Below are positions 10,034 to 22,991 of a stretch of 64,000 nucleotides of DNA, in pieces. This stretch comes from Paragordius varius (lineage: Eukaryota > Animalia > Nematomorpha). The translations under genes and the position numbers were made by a program. The stretch is from the NCBI GenBank assembly GCA_964247055.1, contig OZ176054.1, forward strand, positions 12,896,001 through 12,960,000. The letters run 5' to 3'. Every line of letters starts with the position of its first letter. Positions within the stretch are counted from its first letter, which is position 1. The notes beneath the pieces are model-generated. The model was not told where the DNA came from and did not search any database. It saw only the letters and a program-made list of their open reading frames with translations.

Positions 10034-13000
10034 TTAATCATTAGAGTTTTGTGGCCTAAAACATATACATAAATTTGTTATGAAGGGTGATGTGTTTGAT
10101 TTAATTTTGGATTTTTTGACATTTTTATTGTTGTTTTCTCCAAATTGATGTTTGGAGCCTTCTGGAGGAGTCTTGAACTTAACGCGTGATCCAATATTAT
10201 CTTCTTGACTATAAAAAAGATTCAAAAAAAATTCCTATCAAATTAGAGATCGGAACCGTCATGAAACAATACACGGTTTTTGGATTTTTAAATATAGCTT
10301 TATTCTTACAGTATAAAAATATCGAGACAAATATTTATTCTTTTAAAAAAATCACTGTACTTACTTTCTTTTACATAAATCATTGTTTGTAAATTGAAAA
10401 GTATGAAATGAAGAAAAAATTAAAAACAACAATCAATTAATGTTTATATTTTAATTTAAATAATATATGGAAAAATTAAGGTTTACAAAAATATGGTCTC
10501 TTTTTAGTAAAAAAGCCTGTTTCTGTATTTTTACTGTTATTAGGCTATAAATAAATCTAAAGAACAACCATTTTTGGCAAAACTATTCTGAATCTCATAA
10601 AAATCTCAAACAGAATAAAAGTCAATTAATTACATTTATACATTTTGAAATGACATAAAAATGTGTTTCAATAATTATATTTCACTTTCCAACTTATACT
10701 TTGGAGGTAGAAAAGGCGTTTTTGTATGTGTTTTTAAATTATACCACTGAAAAATTAAGGTAACCTTTAAAATTAAAATAAATGCGATTCTACTAGTGCA
10801 TTAATCAAATAGAGTGGATGCGATTGCTAAATTTTAACCTTATACTATTCGTTTAAAATAATGGAGTTAAGGACATGACTTTATTCAAATCATTATTAAT
10901 GATTTCTATTTTCTCCATACTCTTATTTTTCCAATATTCACGTCCATTTCTATCCATTTTAATTAAAAATATCCTTTTACCATTTGAATATTCATACCTT
11001 ACAAGCTCATCACTTTTCATTGGATTGTAGGAGGGAAATCCTGATTCGAGTCCCCCACCCACACTCCGATGTAACATAACAGCCCTTGTAGTGAAATCTT
11101 CGAATCCGGATTCTTCTTTAGAGTGCTTTTTCTGTTGCTGTTGTCTTTTATTGGCAAAAAAATCCATGTAATTTTTATCATGTCCAACCATATTGTTGTC
11201 TACATTATTCATGTTTTGCCCCATTAAATTTTTATTTGCAGGCATTACTGGCCATGCTAAATCACTCGATGCCGATTGACCTATTCGTTTTTCATCTAAA
11301 CCCTGTTTTTGTTTTATAATTTCAAATAAAAATCTTTTGAAAGGATATTTAAAATTTACTATGCTAATATCCAATAATTACTCTTAATTAGATAATCGGA
11401 TGGAAAGCAAAGTGTTCAGATAGGTTTAGTTAGAGATTGGATATATTAGTGTACCCTAGTTTACAGACTATTAAGTTGAGAGCTTTAATATAAAAATAGA
11501 AAAAATATATTCAAGGGCTTCGAACCGGAACCACATGGAATCACCCGGGGCCTGAGTTTTCAACGGAAACAGGTTTTGTTGGGTTCAGGAACCACCCCGG
11601 TTTTCTATTTAAATTCCCAGTTCTAGTTTCACCTTATTTGAACCGGTTCGAAGCCCTGATTAAAGACATTTTTTAGATTACCACATTTTGCATATCCTGT
11701 TTCACATCATCGGCATAGTAATAGGCGGAAGAAGAAATGTTTGATGGTTTTGGTTCCATATTGGTTGTCGATATTTCTGGCGAGGGAGGTAATTTTCCTG
11801 TCCAATCAAACATGTAATCATATTCCCAACCATAATTTTGCAATAATGTTTCAAATAACTGTTTGAGGTAGGCATAATCTGGCCTTTCAACAAAATCAAG
11901 ACCTCTGGCATAACGAACCAAAATTTTGAATTCTTCGGGCAAACCCGAACATAGAGTATCCGGATCAATATCTCGTTTCATTTCAGCAATCTTACGGTAC
12001 TTTTGTTTGGAGGATTCGGTTTTAATTAACTTTAAGCCTGGACTTGTGGATATTGCATCAAAAACATATATATTAGAGTTTGGATAAATTTTACAGTAAA
12101 AATTAAAATTATACGGACAAAACCCAAAAATATAAAGACAAATATATTTTTTAAAAGACAGCCACTTTTTTTAATCTTGAATATGTAAATTTTTAATAAT
12201 TGTTAAAAATTGCAAAGTATGATATAGAAATATATATTGAAAACACAATTAATTACATTTTTTTATATTTTGTATACAAATAATTTATAAAATTTATAGA
12301 TTTAAAAAGAATGGTTGTCTTTTTAAAAAATATTTTTGCCTTTATATTTTACACTTTGTCCGTATAATTTCAGTTTTAACTGTATATGAATAAATATTTA
12401 CCTTGCCATGGCAAGGAACCCTTTAGAAAATATAGGAACATGTAGGCTAGTCCTTCAAGATCATCCCTTCGACTCTGTTCTATTCCAAAATGCGTGTTAA
12501 CGGACATACATCGGGCAGTTCTAGTCAAGGGTTTCTGTTCACGGTACTTTATGTGTTTACCTGATATACGATATGAGTTGACAATAAAATTTAAATTTTT
12601 ATTTTATTAAAAAGTTACAGTAAAAATTGAAATTAAACAGACAAAAACGCAAAAATATAAGAACAAATATTTATTTCAAAAACAAACACACTTTTTTAAA
12701 CCGCAATTTTTCCCATAAAAACTATTTTATTATTACTTGTATAATAATAACTGTGTATCCAATTAACATCTCTATTTCAGATTTTGTGGTTAGAAACAAT
12801 GAGTCATATTTAAATACAAGGGTTAAAAAAGCTTGGTTATTTTTTTAAATTACGTTTTGTCCGCAACATATTTCACTTTTACTGTAAATTTTGTATTTTA
12901 GCTGCATACCATTTTTATCGATGTATTCTTTAGCTAATCCAAAATCAACGACCCATATAATTCCTTCGGTACCGTTAGCCCGTTTCCCAATCAAAAAATT

Positions 13001-13839
13001 TTCGGGTTTTACATCCCGATAAACTAACCCATAGTAATGTACAAATTCGATTCGATTTATCAATTGTATAGCAATCATAATCACCGTTTTAAGACTAAAT
13101 TGTTTATTGCAGTACAGAAATAGGTCTTGAAGACTGGGTCCTAACAAATCCATCACCATAACGCGATAGGAACCACAGTGACCAAAATAATATACGCGGG
13201 GTATACCTTCGGCATATATCCCATACCTAAAAATAGAAATTGTTGAGGACGACAAAAAAAATCGTCTACATTACAGTAAAAATTGTAATTATCAAAACAA
13301 AACGTAAATTTCTTTTTTCTATTATTGTTGCATATATGTGTTTGGCATTTGAAACAATAATTTAACTCTACGTTTCCAACTCAAAACGACAGTTATTTTA
13401 TGTAAATCAAAGCTTATAAAAGTATGGCAAACGTTTTATCCTTATAATTAGATTTCTTACTGCAAGTTATTACGTAACGTTAATACCTTTCATCCTGGTG
13501 CAGTCGACTGTACAATTCGTATTCCCGTTTTAGTTGAGGAATTTCAGCATTTCCTGCCTCAATTTTTATGGCAGCTAAAGTGTTTGTAGCTATATGGATA
13601 CAATATCGCAATTCACCGAACGTACCCGAACCAATATGCTGAGCTATTTGATATAGCTTTGGGTTATTTTTTATGTTGGCGCCGTTTGATTTGGAAAAAC
13701 GATCAATACCAACTATACGACCCTGTAATTTGTCTTTTCCGCCACCATGGTGAGTTTCGGAGGAATTGATATTAACGCTATTGTTGGAAGGCCTCACCCC
13801 TATGTTGTAATAAGGGTCTTCGGTTTTCCCGGGACTCAT
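10034..13839 (-). CDS. CSNK1G: Casein kinase 1 gamma-like, copy B; complete 554-codon ORF with substituted activation-segment motif
   Basis: Exons 13839-13487, 13226-12910, 12560-12402, 12037-11682, 11302-10998, 10208-10034; all GT-AG with consistent phases (1665 nt). [30 protein letters not shown] and C-terminal LCICF are gamma-type features; LTGTARY reads LTRTARC. Confidence 0.88.
11513..11658. mobile_element. Short hAT-like MITE in CK1 intron 4 (orthologues ~24550-24690 and ~56744-56930)
   Basis: Inverted ends agggcttcgaaccgg ... ccggttcgaagccctg; no clear target-site duplication seen. Confidence 0.65.
12094..12382. mobile_element. CAGTAAAAATT-family MITE in CK1 intron 3 (also in copies C and E)
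   Basis: TA-flanked long inverted ends. Confidence 0.75.
12618..12884. mobile_element. CAGTAAAAATT-family MITE in CK1 intron 2 (also in copies C, D in part, and E)
   Basis: TA|cagtaaaaattgaaatt ... ttcacttttactg|TA. Confidence 0.75.
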
Positions 13840-14380
13840 GATTTGAAATATTAAATTAGATATCGATTACACATTAGGGTTCAAGTAAACGAATCTTGTT
13901 TCAAGATATTTCATTTTCTTAAACTTAAAGCCGGGACCCAAAAAATAGTTTTTTGCCAAATGAAAAATAAATTATAATATTACTAATAAAAATCACACTA
14001 ATATCAGATATAGTTAAAAAGAAATCTTTTAATTTAACAATAATGGTATGCCGCGGTTTTAACAATCACGTAAATTTGATTTTGTGATACATTTTTATTA
14101 TATGCATTATTTTTTATATTTATTTTGGATTTGATATTTTCACTTATAGCGTATCTTTATATTCATAAAAATTGATCATATAGGTAGACCTTAACCTTCT
14201 TATTTATTTATATATAAATAAATGTGAATAGTTACTTTTTCATTTGTGTAATGTATCAAAAAAATAAGTATATATAAAACAATATATTTTGGGTAATTGG
14301 TATTCTTTTGAAAATTATAGTTTGATCCAAAGGTAAATCCAAAAATCTAATTCAAATATCATAAATCGCTATTCGGCTTT

Positions 14381-14405
14381 ATATATATATATATATATAT
14401 ATATA
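14381..14405. repeat. (TA)n microsatellite; others at ~8268-8285, 29866-29883, 30773-30791 and 31761-31797
   Basis: Direct reading. Confidence 0.9.
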
Positions 14406-17314
14406 AAGGATTTATCATTTGATATGATAATGTATGATGATTATGGCGCTTTTAGTTTGGTTACGAGTTATTTAACAGATGATTTTTTTCATACCCAAAA
14501 ATAAAATCGAAAATTTCACACAAATTATGTTATCCACTTATTGGAATGGAAGTAGGAAAAATTGGAGGTTCTACAAACACAAAAGAGCTATGATGGTCTG
14601 GTATAAGTTTTGTTGTATAATTAAGTAATTTTTATATTCCTTTGCTGTGAAAATAATTTAGCAATAGAAATTAAACTCGGCATATATGGGTAGCATGTGA
14701 GAGAACTTTACATCATTTACATTTTTTTCATACACTTTAACATCGCTATTGTATATTCGTTTCTATTCTTTACAAAAATAATAAATAATCCTTTTACAAT
14801 GGGAGTAAGAACAACGAAAAAAGTGATACTTGCCTAACATTTTTATTTCGTGCCTCAAAATGCGAAACATGAAATGAAGTTGTAAAAAAGAGGTGTGGTT
14901 TCAAAAAAAAATTTTTTAACCTAATTTGATTACTAATTTTAATAGGTGATAAGTTATATAATAAATTTCCGTGTAATTATTTTATCACGACATTATATAA
15001 TGGTTAATCACTAGGAGTTGGGTGGATCCCAGCGCAAACCGTTAAAGATCAAATTAAAATTTGAAAAAGAAAAAGAGTGATATATTTTTATCCCTGCTTG
15101 AAGCCCACAAGGAATTTTTAACCATATAAAAGGAGTGGATAATATAAGTTATTAAATGAGAAAATTTCAAAGGATTCGGACATAATAGCTTTCGATTAAT
15201 TATTCATCGCCCAATTTAATAGGGCTAAATTTTTCCAAGGCAGTCTCTATCTAAAAGGTCAAATTATATTAGAAAATCATCATATTTATAAGCGATCTAT
15301 AAGAACACTTTTAATAAGTCCAATTTAATTTGGACAATTAGTACTTAAACCGAGGCCCTTGAACGGCATACGGCCCTAAAAGTGCTTTTTTATGGCCTGT
15401 AAATTTTTTTAACCATAAATGTCTACAAATATGTCAATCAGCTATAAAATTTATCGGTATTAATGTACAGTAAGCGGCCTTTGAGACAAGATAAATATTT
15501 TTCTCGGCTCTTTAAATTTTTTGGTGATTTCACTGATTTAGAAGTTATCCAATGAAATATTGTTTTGTATATTTTACACACTAAAATCATTAATCACCAT
15601 CATATATCCGACTTAGTATAACAATTATATTAGGTAAACTATCTAAACAAGGGATTATATTATAATTATTATTAACCATTTTCATAATAAATATGACCTT
15701 TAAAATATTATCCATATGGTAAGTTATTTAAAATAAAACTTCAATAGTATTAAAACTTTTTTTATAATTTTTTATGTGAAAATGGCCGAATACTTAAAAT
15801 TTATTAGTGCCGGGATTCCATTAAATCCTCTTTCCCCTCCATATGAGGAACAATCCATATCAGCTGATATTCTCCGAGCCCCTTTTCGAAACAATGGACT
15901 AACAAAACGAGAAAAAACGGTTAGAATTTTATTTTGGACTAACCTTTGAAATTTGAAGAATTTGTTTTAAATATTTTTGGAGTTTTCACAAATTTGTTTT
16001 ATCAATGATGTAAATTTAATTATTTGATTTGTATTTTAACACCACTAATTCAACAAAAAGCTCAAACAAAATAAAAATTTTAACAATATATGTGATTTTC
16101 GAAATTTTGTCCAAAAATATTTTTTCATATTTAATGGTAAAATCTTACTCCTATTTTTTGCCTTTAATATTTTTTTTTAAATAGTAAAACATGAAAATAA
16201 TATTAGATTTTTATTGTGATCATATACATATAGTTGGCAGTAAAAAATGTGCTACGATATTTTCCTGTTTCTTTCCATGAGACGCTTGCCCCAGAATTTA
16301 TGGAAGAACTTGAAAACAGAGGCCATATATACGCTTATCGATTTAAACCTCGGATTAGAATGAAGTTTCATATATATTCCTATCCTTTAAACAATTTTAT
16401 ATCATAATTTCTAATAATTCAATTTTCTTAATATCGCTTAGTAAAAAATTCAAAAATTACAGTAAAAATGAAATACGGACAAAACGTAAAAATATAAAGA
16501 CAATTTTTTTTCTAAAAGATAACCATACTTTTTAAAACGTTAATGTTTCCTGTATAAGCTACTTAGTTACTTGTAAAATATAGGATTGTGTTAGTATTTT
16601 ATATTACTCTATTTCACACTTTGCCATTTAAAACAATGAGTTATATTGAAATAAATCAAAATTTAAAAAGTATGGTTGTCTTTTGTGGAAAAAAATATTT
16701 GTCTTTATATTTTTACGTTTTGTCCTTCCGTATAATTTCAATTTTTACTGTATTTGTAGTTCTTTAATATATATATGTGATAGAGCATATCCCATTCAAG
16801 AATACCCAGGAAAATTGTTGGAATGCAAAGCTATAATGGCAATGATAATGAACAATTTGGATCCTGATGTAGCTCAGTTCCCTGAAGAGTTAGTCACCTA
16901 TGGGTCCAACGGTCAAGTTTTCAGTAATTGGATTCAAGTATTTGAATAATTTTTGAACATATTTTCCAACTATTTTCGACCGCATTTTGCAATTTTAAGC
17001 ACCATTTTTATCAAACATACTGTGTATTCTAATAATTATAAGGTAAAAATGCAATTTTTGTTGGTTATTATGTAGGCATCCAGGAACGTATTATTGTTTT
17101 TCTCAATTATTTTAAACCATAATTTATATGTTAAAAAAGGTGAATTATTTTCGAAATAATTTAAACTATCAACAAATTGTTTTTTTTTCGATTATCCATG
17201 CACTATGAAAAAATCCGTAAATAATATAAGATAATATTACATTAGAAATTGAAATTATACGGACAAAATGTAAAACATAAAAACAAATTTTTTCAAAAGA
17301 CAACTATACTTTAA

Positions 17315-17866
17315 CACTTCGATTCAAATTGGGGTATCTAAATACCCCAGACTAAATTTAAATTAATATTTTTAAAAAACTACTGAAGGAAACGGTCCCA
17401 ATTTAAATTTATCCTTCCTGATCAATATTATATAAATATGCCAAAATATCTTGATAAAATTTTGTTTTGAAAAAAAAGCTTCATCTCAAACTACTTCGAC
17501 GCCATTTTTATTTTACAAAATTTTTGCAAAATATCGTCTTTATTTAATTTTAATGGTAAAACCAAAGCTAATTTTTTATATAAATTACATCTAACATTGA
17601 TAGAAATAGAAAAAGCGGTTTAGTTTGTATAATTTTTCAATTTTACAATTTGACACATGTTACGTTGACGAAATTTTTACCTTTCGGTTTTAGCTCAAAA
17701 TAAGTAATATCAAGTATTTTTGAATATAATTTTTTATATATTTCGGTTTATTAATGTTAGATAAGTGCAAAATTTTGCCATGGTTTCGATTCCTTATATA
17801 TTTTTTGAATAATTTAATTTTAAACAGGCCTGGGGTATCCAACTACCCCAATTTGAATCGAAGGAC
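17315..17866. mobile_element. piggyBac-like MITE nested inside a CAGTAAAAATT MITE, urocanase 2 intron 3
   Basis: TTAA|cacttcgattcaaattggggta ... taccccaatttgaatcgaagg inverted ends (~40 bp, imperfect); right TTAA is degenerate; absent from the paralogues. Confidence 0.6.
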
Positions 17867-18845
17867 TAAAATGAGTGTGTTGTATTCAAGTGTTAAATCA
17901 TGATATATCCTATAAAAACATTTGATTACAATCGTAAAATACATAATTGATTGTGTTACCAATTGATTTCTATATTATACTTTGTAAATTAATACAAAGA
18001 GTTATATTTAAAAAAATTAAGATTACAAAGTATGTTTGTCTTTAAAAATATTTGACTTTATATTTTCAAGTTTTGTCCATGGTATAATTTCAATTTTAAC
18101 TGTACATACAAATGCTAAATTTTATTTTTCCACAGTTTTTATTAACCATGAAATAATTGTGTGAAATGGAGAATTATCAAACCTTAGTGCTATGTTCAGG
18201 ACATCCGCACGGTTTATTCCCAAACATTTGGAATGCACATGTGAAAAAACGGGAAAATTAGGTTATAAACTCTTTTATAAAATTGATAAAAATTTATTTT
18301 TTTGATCATTTGAGAATTGTATACGTAAACTATTTTTAAACTCATGCTAACATAAAGAAATACAGCCAAGTTATCCGCGTTTGATTATTACAAATGGCCT
18401 GGTGCTACCAACATCTCAGGAATCAGAAAAGCAGCTTGATAGAGCCTACGTTTCAGATTACGAGCGATTATTTGGTTTGAATGTTAGCCAATATGGACAA
18501 ATGACAGCAGGGAGTTTTTGTTACATTGGACCTCAGGGTATAGTCCATGGCACAACTCTAACTTTGCTTAATATAGCTCGAGCAAATTTTAGCGTTGAAC
18601 ATGTGACTGATATGGTGGGTAAGGTAACACATAATATTACAATATGGATACCTCTAATAAATAAGTTTTATGTGGGTATTGGAACCGGAATTATTTTGGG
18701 GGTGTTTAAGAGAAATATTTTACAAACGGTCTTAAAATAAAAAGTTTTTTTGAAATCATTAAAATTTTTCAACTTAATAATAATATTCATTTTATTTATA
18801 TTGTTGTATATATTATAGAGAAGCAAAATTTTGGCTCAAATTATA

Positions 18846-19250
18846 CAGTAAAAAATGGAATATACGAACAAAATGTAAAAATATAAAGATTATTTTTTTT
18901 CTAAAAGAAACCATACCTTTTTAAACTCCATTTTTAAAAATATAACTCATTGTTTCAAATTACAATTCATAAAATTAATATGTAATTGGTGACACAATCA
19001 ATTCCATATATATAACAATTGTAATTAAATAGTTAATATGAGAAAAATTAAGGTTTGAAAAAGTATGGTTGTCTTTTAGAAAAAAATATTTTAGAATGAT
19101 ATGATGTAATATCAGCAAAATTAATAATAAATTTATTAATGAATTTTCGTTAGATTCCTCTAACTTCTTCGAATCAACATAAAAATATAAAGATACAAAA
19201 AAAATGTCGTTATATTATTACGTTTTGTCCAATAATTTCAGTTTTTACTG
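18846..19250. mobile_element. CAGTAAAAATT-family MITE in urocanase intron 5, present in copies 2 and 3 (33285-33570) and absent in copies 1 and 4
   Basis: Empty site aaattaTAtttttatggc (copies 1 and 4) versus filled aaattaTA[cag...ctg]TAtttttgcagc shows TA duplication. Confidence 0.85.
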
Positions 19251-21378
19251 TATTTTTGCAGCTATTTTTTCAGATTCCTATCAAAAGTTGAGACATTGGC
19301 GGTTTGAGCATAATTTTAAAAATCAAAACCAGTTATAACCATTGCCCACATATGTTTAGTCGAAGATATAAAAAATTTAACATAAACTAACGCCAAAAAT
19401 GATTTCAGGTTCCAATTCCTTTAAATTTTCCAATGTTTTTAGGTATTTGTATCAAGTGGATTGGGAGGAATGAGTGGAGCTCAAGCTAAGGCTTGCAAAA
19501 TCTTGTCATGTTTTGGTCTTATTGCTGAAGTAAATTTTATTCCCCCTTAAAAATATATATATTTATATACCATGATAAGTTAACTTACCAAAATTTTAGT
19601 CATTTAGTAGTTATTGTATGACTCTTGAGGTAAAATTTATTATATTAACAACAATATTGATTAGATAAATAGTGTGACAGCGCAAAAAAGATTGAATCAA
19701 GGATGGTTGGATGAAGTTAGCGATGACCTGAATTTCTGTATTAACCAAATACGACAATATAAACGAGATCTTATTAGCAAATCTATAGCATACTGTGGAA
19801 ACATTGTGGATCTCTGGTAAGAATGGGACAAATTTATTCTTTTATGTACAATACTTACATGCTTACTTACTCGTTTGTTTAGTTGAAAAATAATTTTTAG
19901 GGCGAAATTGGCAGAAATATATGAGAAAACCGGTGAAAGATTGGTCAATTTTGGTTCAGACCAAACCTCTCTTCATAATCCCTACAATGGTGGATACTAT
20001 CCGGTCGGTTATAGCTGGGATGATGCAAATCGATTATTGGCAACAGATCCTGAACGGTTTCAGAAGAAAGTTTGTCAAAGTTTGATACAGCAAGTCACGC
20101 ATATTAATAGGTTTTTTCCTAATTATCATCTAATTTGAAAATTTTATCAAACCAAGTTTATTTCTCCTATTAGATTGACAGAAATGACTGGGTTAATATT
20201 TTTTGATTATGGCAATGCTTTTTTGCTTGAAGCTGCAAAAGCTGGAGCACCTATACACAAAAATAGCGATATAGCATGCAATAATTTGGGAGAAAAAAAT
20301 CAAATTCACGATTCAGTTGAACGGGTTTACAGATATCCATCGTACGTGGAAAATGTAATGGGTGAAATGTTTGCATTTGGGTTTGGGCCTTTTCGTTGGG
20401 TATGTATGAGCCAGGATCCGAAAGATCTTGCTTATACCGATAAACTTGCGCTTTCCATCCTTAGGGAGATTGCGACTGAACTAGACTCTAAAATATTTCA
20501 ATGCCAACAAGAACAAGAGCAGAGTCGCAGCAAAGTTGAACTTTATGCCCGAATAAAATCTTACTATGTCGATAATTGCTTTTGGATGGAGCACATTATT
20601 TCTCAACCCGGTGTGGGATACTTAACTGTAGGATCTCTGGCCCGGATCCTTTATTCAGACGTTCAAGGGCGAATACGACTGGCTTGTGCCTTCAATAAGG
20701 CCATCGCAGATGGGCACATAACGCAACCGATTGTGTGTAGTCGAGACCATCATGACGTTTCAGGAGCTGATAGCCCTTGGCGGGAAACAGCTAACGTTCG
20801 AGACGGTTCTAACATGTGCATAGACATGTCCATTCAAAATGTCTTGGGAAACGCGGCCAGAGGAGCATCTTGGCTAGCTCTTCACAATGGCGGAGGAGTT
20901 GGTTGGAACCGTGCAAGCAACAATGGATTAGGTCTTGTGCTAGATGGACAACCGGAGACTAAACAGCGCATAAAGAATGTTATGATGTGGGATGTATTGA
21001 ATGGTATGGTACGGAGATGTTGGTCTAATGTTTATAACTATAGCAACAATGAAATTGATTCTCTCTCCGAAAAACGTGGGACATCATTCCCCTTATACGA
21101 GAAAACGACGTATTACAATGATCTTATAAAGAGTTATTTGCAAGAACTTCAAACGGACATCAAAGGCTTAAAAGTAACATTACCTTTTGGTGAATAAATT
21201 AGAGGAAACTTTATTCAAAAAGATATCTGTCTATATATTTATTTGTTACAATATATATTCTATATGATAAAATTAATTGCCATATTATTATAAATACTTT
21301 AATGTCATTTATGTGTGTTTAAATAATTGACTATAGTTTTTATACTTTTTGCCAAAAAATCACAGATAATTCTTAAGA

Positions 21379-22370
<992 letters not shown>

Positions 22371-22991
22371 GATTTTAAGTTAAAATTAAATCTTATTCAT
22401 AAAGTATTTTTTATATAATTTAAAGCGTTTTTAATATTCCTTGTCCGTATAAATTAGAATTAAGTAAGAATACAAATGTTTTTTTATTTATCTAATATAT
22501 ATATGATAACACAAAGGAACATCTATAATAAATTCAATCTCTGTAATATTCGATAATTATTTTTAACAAAAAAAAGATTTATATAGCAATACAAAAAATA
22601 AATTTTGGCAATTATTATTGTGGTGCACATTTCTTATTTATCTGGGCACAACATTACATATGCGCTCAAGAATTATATTTTTTGTATTGTTTGTTAAATA
22701 TGGCACGTGGGTCTCTTAAAAGAAATTTTTTACCTGTACATTTTTTAATGAGACTTCTGGAATGAGTTATTGATTATCAATTTAGAAGTCATTAAATTAT
22801 CAATATAAGTTATAAAATCAAAATTTATCTATACACTGTTTTTAGACACCTGTTTCAATACAAAGTGTTTGTGTATGACTTGGTGTTAAAAGTATAATGT
22901 AAATGTTTCAAAATCTAGAATTTTTTTAAACAATAATTTTATTTATTTCAAATTACATCACAGAATAGAGGACATTAAATGGATCCATAAT

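Larger units (their letters stand above)
15782..21197 (+). pseudogene. UROC1: Urocanate hydratase copy 2, pseudogene
   Basis: Exons 15782-15919, 16234-16364, 16784-16937, 18136-18261, 18358-18623, 19443-19529, 19665-19816, 19901-20110, 20174-21197. Exon 4 has TAT>TAA at 18154-18156 and a 4-nt deletion (aatTATGgcac); other exons are open. Repaired CDS is about 763 aa. Confidence 0.92.

Noticed and set aside
20175-21197. Stand-alone 340-aa genes (also 39042-40070 and 52102-53124)
   Set aside because: These are last exons of spliced urocanase copies, each preceded by an in-phase AG acceptor.
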